DNA of 64,000 bases from an uncultured virus (IMG/VR IMGVR_UViG_3300034072_002247) (lineage: Duplodnaviria; Heunggongvirae; Uroviricota; Caudoviricetes). This document shows positions 8,146-18,518 of this stretch, in pieces (within the stretch, counting starts at the first letter, position 1; each line of letters opens with the position of its first letter). The stretch lies in the IMG/VR virus record IMGVR_UViG_3300034072_002247; one strand, 5' to 3'. The notes under the pieces were generated by a model. That model was not told the DNA's origin. It did not search any database and was given only the letters and a program-made list of their open reading frames with translations. Both the position numbers and the translations under genes were made by a program.

Positions 8146-10438
8146 ATGCTACTAAATTTTTAGGCTTTCTAGTTCTTTTATTACCTTCCTTTTCAACATT
8201 ACAAGATATTTTGAATTCTATCTTGTCTGATATAAGTTCAGCAATAATTAAACTTTTTTCAGGCAAATCGTTGAAAGTAATTAATTTTGATAATGGCATA
8301 GCAATCATATCTTTAACTACTTTAGCAACTGGACGAGCACCCATTTCTGGTACATATCCTTTTTTCGCCAACATGTCTAATACTGGTTGTTCAATTTCAA
8401 GTTTAAATCCACGTTTTTCAACTTCTTTATAGATAGGATTCAAATTCTTGTTGACAATATTAGAAATCATAACTTTACTAATTGCCTTAAATTCAACTAT
8501 ACCATCTAGTCTATTTCTAAATTCAGGTTTAAAAATGTTATTTACAATATCCCAATTGATAAGTGATTTTTCTTCAACTTTTTCAACTACAAGACCAATA
8601 CCATTTTTTTCCTGATTACTTAGTTTAATACCAGCATTTGAAGTCATAATAATAATTGTATTTCTAAAATCAACTTTACGACCTTCTGAATCTGTTAAGA
8701 AACCATAATCCAATACTTGTAAGAAAGCATTATAAACATCAGGATGCGCCTTCTCAAATTCATCAAGTAATACTATTGAATAAGGATTTTTGTTAACTTG
8801 TTCAGTTAATAAACCACCTTTACCATATCCAACATATCCAGCAGGAGCACCAAATAATTTAGATACAGAATGAGATTCTTTATATTCAGACATATCAAAT
8901 CTCAACATTTCCATACTCATTTCTTTTGCAAGTTGTTTAACTAGCTCAGTTTTACCAACACCAGTAGGCCCAATGAACAAATAAGAACCAATTGGTTTAT
9001 TTGGATTAGCAAAACCACTCTTAGAAAGAACAATTGCATCAACTATTTTTTGAACAGCTTCATCTTGTCCAAAGATTTCTTTTTTAAGATTATCTTCAAG
9101 ATTTTTAAGAATTTCTTTTTCAACACCAGTTGATTCTTTTACTGGTTGTTTAGCCATTCTTGAAACTACATCTTCTATAGTAGATACTGTTACTACTTTT
9201 TCTTCATTACGAAGTTTAACAAAAGCACCAGCTTCATCAAGAATGTCAATTGCTTTATCTGGAAACTTTTTATTGTGCAAGAATCTAGAACCTAAGTTTA
9301 CAATAGATTTAATTGCTGAATCTTCATATTTTACTTTGTGAGTATCTTCATAGAGTCCTTTGATTCTACCAAGAACCATTAATGTAGCTTCTGGAGATAA
9401 TTCATCAACGTCTACTTTGTTAAATCTTCTTGATAATGCTGAATTTTTTTCAAAGACTTGACGATATTCTTCTACTGTAGTTGCACCAATGCAACGGATC
9501 TTACCAGAACTTAGGTATGGTTTAAGAGTATTTCCAATGTCTGAACCATTTTCAGATTTTCCTGAGTTAACAATTGTATGAATTTCATCAATAAATAGAA
9601 TTACATCATTGTTAGAAACATGATCAATAATTTTCTTTAATCTATCTTCTAGATCACCACGGAACTTAGTTCCTGCAATCATACCATTAACGTCTAAAGA
9701 TAGAAGTTTGTAATTCTTTAGAGAAGGATGAATAGTTCCATTTGCAATTTTTTGAGCAAGACCTTCTACAATAGCAGTCTTACCAACACCAGCATCACCT
9801 ACAATAATAGGGTTATTCTTTTTTCTTCTTCCTAAGATTTCTTCAACTCTTTCAACTTCTTCAACACGACCAATCATAGCGTCTAGTTTTCCTTGACGAG
9901 CTTGTTCTGTTAAGTCTGAAACAAAGTTCTTTAATAGGCTGTTTAAATTACTGGTAGAACCATTATTTTCTGTTTCTTCCATAACTTGTTCTCTTCCAGT
10001 TGAAGCTAATTCGTGAGACATAACAGCTTCAATTTCAAGTTTGTTATCAGTTAAAATTTCTGTTACTTTTAAATGTGCTTGCTCTAGAATTGTAATTAAA
10101 AGATCAATTTCGTTAAATTCAACATTTTTACTGTCTTTAACTTCAATTGCTTTCATAATTGTTCTACTAATAATTTTTTCTAGAGTAACAGTTTTTGAAA
10201 TATTCTCTTGGTTTGATTGTTTTGATTTGTTTTTTTCGATATAATCAATAAGATCATTTTTTAACTTTTTAGCATTAACTTTTAAATCAGTTAAAATAAC
10301 TTTGAATGAATCGCTATGATCAATCATACCCAATACTAAACATTCTGGAGAAAGTACACCATTATTTAATTCTTTAATTGAGTCTTTAATATTATGAATT
10401 ATGTTATCCAAACTTTTAGACATTTTAGCTGCGCTCAT
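8144..10438 (-). CDS. clpA: ATP-dependent Clp protease ATP-binding subunit ClpA-like
   Basis: two AAA+ modules (GDAGVGKT/FIDEIH; GPTGVGKT/LLDEFEKAH), RRKKNNP, PDKAIDILDEA, GYVGY; no ClpB middle domain. Confidence 0.9.
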   Translation of the reverse strand: MSAAKMSKSLDNIIHNIKDSIKELNNGVLSPECLVLGMIDHSDSFKVILTDLKVNAKKLKNDLIDYIEKNKSKQSNQENISKTVTLEKIISRTIMKAIEVKDSKNVEFNEIDLLITILEQAHLKVTEILTDNKLEIEAVMSHELASTGREQVMEETENNGSTSNLNSLLKNFVSDLTEQARQGKLDAMIGRVEEVERVEEILGRRKKNNPIIVGDAGVGKTAIVEGLAQKIANGTIHPSLKNYKLLSLDVNGMIAGTKFRGDLEDRLKKIIDHVSNNDVILFIDEIHTIVNSGKSENGSDIGNTLKPYLSSGKIRCIGATTVEEYRQVFEKNSALSRRFNKVDVDELSPEATLMVLGRIKGLYEDTHKVKYEDSAIKSIVNLGSRFLHNKKFPDKAIDILDEAGAFVKLRNEEKVVTVSTIEDVVSRMAKQPVKESTGVEKEILKNLEDNLKKEIFGQDEAVQKIVDAIVLSKSGFANPNKPIGSYLFIGPTGVGKTELVKQLAKEMSMEMLRFDMSEYKESHSVSKLFGAPAGYVGYGKGGLLTEQVNKNPYSIVLLDEFEKAHPDVYNAFLQVLDYGFLTDSEGRKVDFRNTIIIMTSNAGIKLSNQEKNGIGLVVEKVEEKSLINWDIVNNIFKPEFRNRLDGIVEFKAISKVMISNIVNKNLNPIYKEVEKRGFKLEIEQPVLDMLAKKGYVPEMGARPVAKVVKDMIAMPLSKLITFNDLPEKSLIIAELISDKIEFKISCNVEKEGNKRTRKPKNLVA

Positions 10439-10662
10439 AATTTCTCCTTATTTTTAAAATCTTTGCTCATTATAATTCATTTAAATATTAAAAGTCAATT
10501 AAATTTTTAAATAAACTATTCCATTACACTTATTATAACATTTTTTATATAAATGCAAGTTTAAAAAAAATTTATTATTTATTTATTTTTTTATTAAAAA
10601 GCTGTTGCAAGCATTAAAATATTTTGATATAATGCAGACATTAAATCGAAGGAGATAAAAAA

Positions 10663-10992
10663 ATGACTAAAGAATTAGAACTAGAACTAGAAACTGAAGT
10701 TTCATTAGAAGTAGAAGAAAAAGGCCCAACTAAAAAAGATTTGGCTGTTATGGAAAAAGTATACGCTGACATTCTTAAGCCTGAGTCTGTTGACTTTTCT
10801 GGTTTAGAAGGTCTTTCAAAAGAAGATAAAATTGGTGTTGTTAGAATCTCTAAGTACATTGATGAATGTAGAGAAGCTAATAGAATCAACTCAAAAGAGT
10901 ATGTAAGAGTTGAAGAAGATGAAGAAGTTAAAGAAATCAGCGAAATGGATTTAGAAGATTTCAGTAATGTTAGAGAAGGTATGTTTGACTAA
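10663..10992 (+). CDS. small acidic hypothetical protein
   Basis: TTGCAA..TATAAT promoter, AAGGAG SD, own terminator; Glu/Asp-rich. Confidence 0.75.
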   Translation: MTKELELELETEVSLEVEEKGPTKKDLAVMEKVYADILKPESVDFSGLEGLSKEDKIGVVRISKYIDECREANRINSKEYVRVEEDEEVKEISEMDLEDFSNVREGMFD

Positions 10993-11076
10993 TCTAACAG
11001 AAACTAAATAAAGAGAGCATTGCTCTCTTTTTTTTTATTTAAAAAATGTTACAATAATATAAACAAGGACTTTTTT

Positions 11077-11292
11077 ATGATTGTAATAAATGTTTATAAA
11101 GATTTTTTAGTAGATTCAAAATTTTCAAATTATTTAGAAGAAATAAAAACAAAAATTCCACACATTCAACTACAATATACTAAAGCTTTCACTACTGACT
11201 TGGCAGTTCATTTTCAAATAACAATGTCTGATAATACTAAAAATTCTATAGATTTTGATTATCTAATAAGAAAAATGTACTCTTTTAATTGA
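11077..11292 (+). CDS. hypothetical protein
   Basis: ATG at 11077 after AAGGA; the longer TTG start overlaps a terminator. Confidence 0.5.
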   Translation: MIVINVYKDFLVDSKFSNYLEEIKTKIPHIQLQYTKAFTTDLAVHFQITMSDNTKNSIDFDYLIRKMYSFN

Positions 11293-11348
11293 CTTTTATA
11301 AGCCTATATTTTAAACTGAAAATAATGTTTTTATATTCGGAGAACTTG

Positions 11349-12350
11349 ATGAAAAAGAAAATTTTAGCAATATCTATATTAACCGCAATTATGTCTGGTA
11401 ATGTTTTTGCTATTTCAAATGAAGATCTTTTAGACATAGATAATCTATTCAATAAAGATAAAAAAGAAAAAGAAGTAAAAGAAAATAATGTTAAGGATAC
11501 TAAAGTAGAATCTAAAGAAAAAAATAAAGTAGAAAAAAAATCTTTAGTAAAAGAAGAACCTAAAACAAAAGAAGAAACAGTTAGTGAAGAAATTAAAGAA
11601 GAAAATACATTAATTTCACAACCTTTAAAACCTTTAATTCCAGTGCCTATTACTGGTGATAATATAAACTTTAAAATATCATTACTTAAATCAAAATTAA
11701 TTAAAGAAAAGATTGCTAATACAGAAGTTATTTTGTCTAATTTGAATCCTATAGAAGAAAAATTTAAAAATGAACCTGAAATTTTAGATATTTTAAAAAA
11801 TAAGAAATCTAGCGATTCATTTTCTAACTATACTGTTGATACTGATGTTTTAGTAGGTATTAAAAGAGAGGTAGTAAAAGGAAAATTAGTTGAAACTCCT
11901 ACTTTTAATAATATAAAAACAGGCCAAACTTTGTTTATTGAATTAGTTCAATTTGATAAAGAAAGAAATAGAGCTAAAGTTAAATTATCAATAAATATAT
12001 CAGATGTTACTTATTATAATGAATTTCAATATAAAATGGCAGATGGAACAACTCAAAAAATTAGGCTTCCAAACATTGTTCAAAGCAATAATTCAAAAGA
12101 ATTTTGGATCAATTTAGATTCTGGTTCTATTTTTGAATATAAAGTAGACGATTTCAATTTAGTTAAAGTTGAAGTTCAAAGAGTTATACCTTTTGTTCAA
12201 CAAGTTTTTGTAGTAGACCATGAAAAAATTAAAAAAATGGAAGAAGAAAAAAAACAACAAGAAATTCAAAAAATTGAAGATGAAAAATTAAAGAAAATAA
12301 ATGAAGAAAATGATTTATTTGATTCTTTAGAAGAAAATCTAAAAAAATAA
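11349..12350 (+). CDS. secreted protein with Sec signal peptide
   Basis: GGAG SD; MKKKILAISILTAIMSGNVFA signal; charged linker; beta-rich middle region. Confidence 0.7.
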   Translation: MKKKILAISILTAIMSGNVFAISNEDLLDIDNLFNKDKKEKEVKENNVKDTKVESKEKNKVEKKSLVKEEPKTKEETVSEEIKEENTLISQPLKPLIPVPITGDNINFKISLLKSKLIKEKIANTEVILSNLNPIEEKFKNEPEILDILKNKKSSDSFSNYTVDTDVLVGIKREVVKGKLVETPTFNNIKTGQTLFIELVQFDKERNRAKVKLSINISDVTYYNEFQYKMADGTTQKIRLPNIVQSNNSKEFWINLDSGSIFEYKVDDFNLVKVEVQRVIPFVQQVFVVDHEKIKKMEEEKKQQEIQKIEDEKLKKINEENDLFDSLEENLKK

Positions 12351-12393
12351 AAACCACTTAAAGTGGTTTTTTTTATAGTTTTTTATTTTAAAA

Positions 12394-13113
12394 TTAGTAA
12401 ACATATTTTAATTGTAAATTTAATCCTTCAGAATCTATTGCTTTTCCACTATAATCATTAGAAAAAAATGAAACACTTGAAGTTGAATAAGATATTACGC
12501 TTGATAAATTATCAACATATCCTATATTACTTTTTAAATAAACTCCATAATCTTTTATATTTTCATTAGCAAATTCTGACTCTTTTATGAATGTTCCTAC
12601 ATATGACTTCTTTTCTTTTAATTCATAAAATAAATCCATATAAGTTAATGGAATTGTAGAAGTAATATCTTGCTCTATATCAACTTCATTTTGATTATAT
12701 TCAATATTGCCTACATATTGTCTTAATCCAAAACCAAAATTAACGCCTAAATTATTTTCATCTTTTATTGTATAATAACTTACTATATCACCATATTGTA
12801 AATTCATATCTATAAATGAAATATTATCATTTATATAACTATCACTATTTAAAGATCTCTTACTATTATAATAACCATCATTATATTCAAGTTTTAAATT
12901 AGGTAAAAATTTATTAACAGTAATATCAAAATAAAATGATTTATTTTCAAGATAAGATTGACTAAATAAATCAGAGTTTACATCAGAAACTTTTGATAAA
13001 CTTCCAGAATCAATTTTCTCTATAAAATTTTCTTTTTCTTCAAGATTTTCTTCGGCCATTACACTCAATGGTAATAGCAATAATATTAAATTTAGTTTAT
13101 TTTTTAAGTGCAT
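12394..13113 (-). CDS. putative outer-membrane beta-barrel protein
   Basis: signal peptide (LLLLPLSVMA), amphipathic strands, aromatic C-terminus LQLKYVY. Confidence 0.55.
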   Translation of the reverse strand: MHLKNKLNLILLLLPLSVMAEENLEEKENFIEKIDSGSLSKVSDVNSDLFSQSYLENKSFYFDITVNKFLPNLKLEYNDGYYNSKRSLNSDSYINDNISFIDMNLQYGDIVSYYTIKDENNLGVNFGFGLRQYVGNIEYNQNEVDIEQDITSTIPLTYMDLFYELKEKKSYVGTFIKESEFANENIKDYGVYLKSNIGYVDNLSSVISYSTSSVSFFSNDYSGKAIDSEGLNLQLKYVY

Positions 13114-13162
13114 ATCTGTCTCAATATCTTATTTTTACAGAATATACCATTATATTATTAAA

Positions 13163-13771
13163 TCAATATTTTAATCTTACTTTATTTGAACTTTTAGGTT
13201 TTAATTCACTTTCTTTCATTTCATTTATCCAGTTTACTATTCTTAATTTATGTTCTTCTAATGCTAAATTAAATATAGGAACATTAAAATGACATGCCAA
13301 TCTTAAAGCAGTTCTTGTTCCACCTGTATCTTGCGTCATTTCTTCTAATTTTGTTGCTCCATCTCTAGTATAACAGACTAAAAATTTAGAAGGATTATTT
13401 AGATTTTCTCCCAATACTTGGAATACATTTCTAGTGTGCATTTGTAATGAAGTTAAACCACCTTTGGAATTTATTAGTTCATCCCATCTTTCATGAAGAT
13501 TGAATTTACTTACTATATACATTGCTTCTCTTATTTTTTCGGTATCACTTATATGAACACCTTTAATACCTTCATTTTTTCTAAAATAATTATTTGGTAA
13601 AAATATATTAGAATAATTTTGAGTACCTTTTTGAAAGGCTTCATCTGCTCCCCAAGAGCCACCACTTCTTAATATCCAACCTTGCCTATCTAATTGAATG
13701 GCTAGTTCAGTCATTATTTTTAGATATTCTTCTGGTGTTTCTCTGGAGCCTACTCCTGTATAAAATTTCAT
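13163..13771 (-). CDS. DprA/SLOG-family protein
   Basis: YTGVGSRETP, LRSGG..GADEAF, GGTRTA, PIFNL. Confidence 0.8.
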   Translation of the reverse strand: MKFYTGVGSRETPEEYLKIMTELAIQLDRQGWILRSGGSWGADEAFQKGTQNYSNIFLPNNYFRKNEGIKGVHISDTEKIREAMYIVSKFNLHERWDELINSKGGLTSLQMHTRNVFQVLGENLNNPSKFLVCYTRDGATKLEEMTQDTGGTRTALRLACHFNVPIFNLALEEHKLRIVNWINEMKESELKPKSSNKVRLKY

Positions 13772-13823
13772 TTTTTGACTCTTTTTTATTTATTATAGCA
13801 TAAAAAAAAAGTCTTTCGACTTT

Positions 13824-14321
13824 TTATTTTAATTTCACATAATAATCTGGTACTAACAGATACATTATTTCTTTGGGATTTAAAATTTCTACAGGATACT
13901 TTTCTGAATTAACTTCAACATATAATTTATTTTTTTCTTTATTTATTTCTGTCACTCTTCCTATTTTTAAATCACCATTATAGTTTAAAATAACTTTATC
14001 ACCCGGCAATACCTTGTCACCAGCAATATCAACAATATCAGATAACTCTCTTTCAAAAGCTCTTTTATTTACAACAATATCTTCATTATCTACTTTTTTA
14101 AATCCTAATTCTTCTGATAGATCTATAAATTCAGGATATGCATAAACATTTTTTAAGTTTGATATAATTTCACTTTTTTTAGTTAATTCATCTTCAACTT
14201 TTATTTGTTTTTCTTTGTTAATTCCAGCGACATAACCACGAACTAAAGAAGAGTTTTTTATATAAACTACTCTTGTACCTTTTTTAAACTCTTTTCCTAA
14301 AAAATCTTTAATTTCGATCAT
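13824..14321 (-). CDS. tandem SH3/KOW-like domain protein
   Basis: two D..G......G..V.......L..G.V..I units. Confidence 0.6.
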   Translation of the reverse strand: MIEIKDFLGKEFKKGTRVVYIKNSSLVRGYVAGINKEKQIKVEDELTKKSEIISNLKNVYAYPEFIDLSEELGFKKVDNEDIVVNKRAFERELSDIVDIAGDKVLPGDKVILNYNGDLKIGRVTEINKEKNKLYVEVNSEKYPVEILNPKEIMYLLVPDYYVKLK

Positions 14322-14403
14322 TTTTTTCTCCGTTTTTATACTTTAATATTATTTCAATTTTAAATAAAGTCAAATAAGAAAAACCGGCAGTGCCGGTTTA
14401 ATT

Positions 14404-14652
14404 TTAAGCTTTTCTAAGCTTTCTAGTTATATAATAACCTTTTGCTTTTAAAGCTACTTGATTTTGTGGATTTGCAATTTTTAGCTCTCTTTTATTACCT
14501 TTACCGATAACTTTTATAGAGCCATCTTCCATAACTTCAATAACTCTTCCTATTTGAAGATTTCCATGTGTAGTTGCATAAAAAATTTGGTCATCAACTC
14601 CAACTTCTTTTTGTGAAATATCTAGTACTACTCTATTCATAATGTTATTCAT
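14404..14652 (-). CDS. SH3/KOW-like small protein, paralog of neighbour
   Basis: DISQKEVGVDDQIFYA....LQIGRVIEV; start after GAGG SD. Confidence 0.6.
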   Translation of the reverse strand: MNNIMNRVVLDISQKEVGVDDQIFYATTHGNLQIGRVIEVMEDGSIKVIGKGNKRELKIANPQNQVALKAKGYYITRKLRKA

Positions 14653-14789
14653 AATAATTACCTCTAATTCTATTATTTGATACAATATTAACATCTAACT
14701 ATAATTTTGTCAATATATAAAAATATATATATTAAAATAAGAAAAGTCTTTTATTTTATATAAAAGACTCTTATTTTATTTACTGATTT

Positions 14790-15665
14790 TTATCTTTTTT
14801 CAATAAACATTCCGCAAGAAGCTTTAACGTCAAAACCGACTTTAGGAACAATTCTAATATTTTCTGGTTTCAATAATTCAGTTAAAATTTCAGTATTTCT
14901 ATTAATAGTTATTTCATCAGATTCTTCACCATATTTTAAAGAGTATGGATTATATCTTACAATATTTATATTAACTTTTAAGCCTATTTCATTAATTGCA
15001 TTTGCAATATTTACCATATCTTCTTCTTTATCGTTTTCACCTTTTATAAAAGCAAAATGAATTTTAGGAATCTTTCCATTGTAATCTTGCCATTCTTTTA
15101 ATAGTTCTAAACTTCTTTGATACGGCAATGCTTTAGCAAGCCATTTCTTTCTAAACTTTTCGTCGGTACTGTAAATTGAATAATAAATTTCAGGATATGT
15201 TCTTGGGAATATATTAATTAAACTTTTATTTCCCAAACTATTTGGCATAATTGTTGAAATTAAATATTTAGCATTTAAATTTCTTTCATAAGCTAATTTT
15301 TTTAAATTAGAAAATAACTCTTCATTATTGTTTAATACAATAGGATTATTTAATGGTTCTCCACGAGCCATAAAATTATAGTGTACTAATTTTGCTGGAT
15401 TATTTAATTGATCGTAATAATCATACACTGATTTTGCTTGATTTATAAAATCTTCTAAAGTAGCATTTTCAAGATTGTTTTGACCTGTCGCTGTTAAATG
15501 ACACATTCTACAAGCTTGATCACAACCAGATTGAGAAGAAACATAAATAATAAAATAATCATCTTCTCTTCTTACAAATCTAGATTCAAAATAACCTATT
15601 TTATTTGCATCGTATACAAAATTAACTGATTGATCTATCTTGCTTTTCATAATTAAATTGTTCAT
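14790..15665 (-). CDS. short RlmN/Cfr-like radical SAM RNA methyltransferase
   Basis: SSQSGCDQACRMC (CxxxCxxC), FMARGEP, C-terminal ASCG; lacks the RlmN N-terminal helical domain. Confidence 0.8.
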   Translation of the reverse strand: MNNLIMKSKIDQSVNFVYDANKIGYFESRFVRREDDYFIIYVSSQSGCDQACRMCHLTATGQNNLENATLEDFINQAKSVYDYYDQLNNPAKLVHYNFMARGEPLNNPIVLNNNEELFSNLKKLAYERNLNAKYLISTIMPNSLGNKSLINIFPRTYPEIYYSIYSTDEKFRKKWLAKALPYQRSLELLKEWQDYNGKIPKIHFAFIKGENDKEEDMVNIANAINEIGLKVNINIVRYNPYSLKYGEESDEITINRNTEILTELLKPENIRIVPKVGFDVKASCGMFIEKR

Positions 15666-16234
15666 TTTAAATTCCTCTTTTTATTATTTTCATATTTTTC
15701 TCCAAAGTAAGAATATTTAACTAATTTTAAAATGTTTTTTACATCATCTATTCCACGATGTGGAGTTCCTGTAAAAACTTGATTAGTTATATTTAATGCC
15801 TTACCTACTCCAGCTTCTTTGCTTAATCCTTGTGTTATTGCAAATAATTTTTTAAGATTGCAAGTTTTATCAAATTTAAAATCAATTTTATTAATGTTAC
15901 AATGCCTTGTAAGTTCATTTTTATCATAGTCTCCCCAAGAGCAAAACTCTGGAGCACTATATTGAAATGCCCAATCTTTAAAATTTGTATAAACTGTTTT
16001 GAAATCTAGAGCATTATCTACATCAGATTGCTTTATTGTTGTTAAATTTTTACAAAAATCACTTAATATTGGAAATCTTTTAGGTTTTATAAAAGCATTA
16101 AACTCTGAAATTATCTCTAATTTATCATTTACTGCAATTGCACCAATTTCTATTGGTTCCATATAATCTCTTCGCCAATTTACGTTACTTCTTTCATCAC
16201 AAGTTGCTTCTATATCTACTATAACCAATGTCAT
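15662..16234 (-). CDS. DEDDh 3'-5' exonuclease (ERI-1/KapD-like)
   Basis: DIEATC, IEIGA, SWGDYD, HRGIDD. Confidence 0.9.
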   Translation of the reverse strand: MTLVIVDIEATCDERSNVNWRRDYMEPIEIGAIAVNDKLEIISEFNAFIKPKRFPILSDFCKNLTTIKQSDVDNALDFKTVYTNFKDWAFQYSAPEFCSWGDYDKNELTRHCNINKIDFKFDKTCNLKKLFAITQGLSKEAGVGKALNITNQVFTGTPHRGIDDVKNILKLVKYSYFGEKYENNKKRNLK

Positions 16235-16366
16235 ATTATATTATCCTTTTAATTTATTTAAATTTATTTTTTATTATTTATCATTATACTATTATTAGTA
16301 TTTTTTTTCAATTTGTTTTTGTAAAATTTATGCTATAATATAAATATACAATAAAAATGGATTAAT

Positions 16367-17038
16367 ATGGAACTTAAACTAACAGATAATCAAATTATAT
16401 CTTTAAAAAATGCCATAGAAAACATATTACTTTTTGAAGACTTAAAAATAAAAGAAGCCTTTGATTATCATTTAAAACATATCAAAACTACACCTGAAAA
16501 TTTACAAGAAATAGAATCTTTAATAATAGAAGGACAAAAAGAAGCAGAAGACTTATTTGACTGGAGTGATACTCCTGAATATTTTTTAGGTTTAAAAAAC
16601 TTATTGAATAAACTAAATAATAATGATTTCACTTTTGATGAAAACCAAATGTATAATTTAAGAAATGTAACTGATATATATTCAAGATTAGGTCAAGGAC
16701 ATATAAAAGCATTTAGAGATGTTTATTCAAATATTAAGAATGTTCATATTGGTGGATTTGTTTCTGTAACAAATATATTTGATAAAGCAAGTAAAATTAC
16801 ACCAAAAATAGCAATTCAAAATCTAGAAGAAGAATATAAAGTTAATTATGATATTTATCAAGTTATAAGAAACCATCTTGCTTGGAAAAGAAAGCCTGAA
16901 GGTGGTGTACATGTTGATTTTGATAAACCTTTAAAATATTCTAAAGAACCATTACCTTATATTAATGTTGAAATTCCAGAAGAAATACAATATAAATCTA
17001 AAAGAAGTAATAAAAATAAAGGTAAAATAAAGATATAA
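16367..17038 (+). CDS. hypothetical protein
   Basis: 223-aa ORF, basic C-terminal tail. Confidence 0.7.
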   Translation: MELKLTDNQIISLKNAIENILLFEDLKIKEAFDYHLKHIKTTPENLQEIESLIIEGQKEAEDLFDWSDTPEYFLGLKNLLNKLNNNDFTFDENQMYNLRNVTDIYSRLGQGHIKAFRDVYSNIKNVHIGGFVSVTNIFDKASKITPKIAIQNLEEEYKVNYDIYQVIRNHLAWKRKPEGGVHVDFDKPLKYSKEPLPYINVEIPEEIQYKSKRSNKNKGKIKI

Positions 17039-17055
17039 AAGAGCTAAAAGCTCTT

Positions 17056-18183
17056 TTATATTTTATATTCTTCTACTAATTTAAAATATAATTCTTTAAT
17101 ATCTTCTTCAGTTGATTCAGTATTATCAAACTTTTGAATTCTACCAAAATGAGATTCAGATATTGCATTCTTAATAGAACTAATTTTTGAAGAATTAGAT
17201 TTCATATGTTTTATTCTATTGTCAGCATCATTTGTTTCTATATTTCTAAATGATTTTAATCTTAAATTTCTAACAGCAGAATCAGCATCTACAACAATTA
17301 CATGATTATTACAAATATTTAATAGATTTGCTTCAACTAACAATGCAGCATTAATTAAAATTATTCCTTTTTTATCTCTAAGTTCCTGTCTTAACAATAC
17401 CATTACAGGATCTTTAAAAATGTTATTCAAAAATTCTACATGCTCTTTAGAGTTTTCACTACCAAAAGCAATCTCAGCAATCTTTTTCTTATCAAGAGTA
17501 CCAAAATGTGAATTAATTTTTTCTCTAATAGATGCGTATGCTGGCTTTTCTTCTGTATATACTCTTTGTGCTAGTTTATCAAGTTCTATATTATGTACTA
17601 ATGGCATACTATCATTTTTTAGATTTTCTTCTTTGCTTATTCTAACTAGTTGTTCAGCAACATATGACTTACCAGAACCCATAATTCCAGTTATTCCATA
17701 AATTAATTGACTAGAAATTTTTCTTTCAAGTAATTTTTTAACTGGTAGAGGTACATATTCATGAATAAGTCCATTTTCTAATTGAATAGCTTTAACACTA
17801 CTTGAGCTTACATGAGAAAATTGAGACTTTGAGAATAAGAAAAATGTATCAATATTCATTTGAGAACTATTTATTTGATCTAAACTTTTTTCGAATTCAA
17901 AATCTGAAGCATTTCTTATGCCTCTAATGATAACATTTGCATTTTGCTCAAAAGCAAAATCAACAAGAAGTCCATCAAAAAACATTACTTCAACATTATG
18001 AAGAAATGCTAATGATTCTTTTGCAACTTTATATTTTTCTTCAGTTGTTAGTAAGTATTTTTTACTAGAATTAATACCTAATGCAACAATTAATTTATCA
18101 AATGATTGTGCAGCCCTTTTAATAATGTCGATATGACCGTAAGTGATTGGGTCACCAGATAATGCGTAAACTGCTATGCTCAT
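17056..18183 (-). CDS. coaD: fused phosphopantetheine adenylyltransferase (CoaD) and dephospho-CoA kinase (CoaE)
   Basis: DPITYGHIDII, IIRGIR...DFEFE, VSSSSVK; then YGITGIMGSGKS Walker A and ALLVE. Confidence 0.85.
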   Translation of the reverse strand: MSIAVYALSGDPITYGHIDIIKRAAQSFDKLIVALGINSSKKYLLTTEEKYKVAKESLAFLHNVEVMFFDGLLVDFAFEQNANVIIRGIRNASDFEFEKSLDQINSSQMNIDTFFLFSKSQFSHVSSSSVKAIQLENGLIHEYVPLPVKKLLERKISSQLIYGITGIMGSGKSYVAEQLVRISKEENLKNDSMPLVHNIELDKLAQRVYTEEKPAYASIREKINSHFGTLDKKKIAEIAFGSENSKEHVEFLNNIFKDPVMVLLRQELRDKKGIILINAALLVEANLLNICNNHVIVVDADSAVRNLRLKSFRNIETNDADNRIKHMKSNSSKISSIKNAISESHFGRIQKFDNTESTEEDIKELYFKLVEEYKI

Positions 18184-18255
18184 TTTGAACTCCTATGTGT
18201 TTTAGAAATTAAAAAATGCTCTTTAAAAGAGCATAATAAAAATAAAAGTTATAAA

Positions 18256-18429
18256 TTAGTGTGGTTTTTGAATTCTTTTAGTTGCTTTTTTATGACCATG
18301 ATTATCTTTTGATTCTTCTGGACTTTTCAAAGCTTTTGTTATTTTTTCTTTATTTTCAAAAAACTCATCATCCTCAAGTTCATCTAGATGGTCTAGATCA
18401 ATATCTTTTGGACTAATCTTATTACTCAT
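18256..18429 (-). CDS. small hypothetical protein (57 aa), not in ORF track
   Basis: AGAGGA SD; MSNKISPKDIDLDHLDELEDDEFF...KKATKRIQKPH. Confidence 0.6.
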   Translation of the reverse strand: MSNKISPKDIDLDHLDELEDDEFFENKEKITKALKSPEESKDNHGHKKATKRIQKPH

Positions 18430-18518
18430 ATAATTTTCCTCTTTTAATTTCTTATATAAACAAATATTTTGTTTATGTAATTATATTAACATGATTAAAA
18501 AAAATTTTCAATATAATA

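Noticed and set aside
11349..12350. Secretin/PilN assignment
   Set aside because: Only a vague beta-rich resemblance; too short and lacks recognisable secretin motifs.
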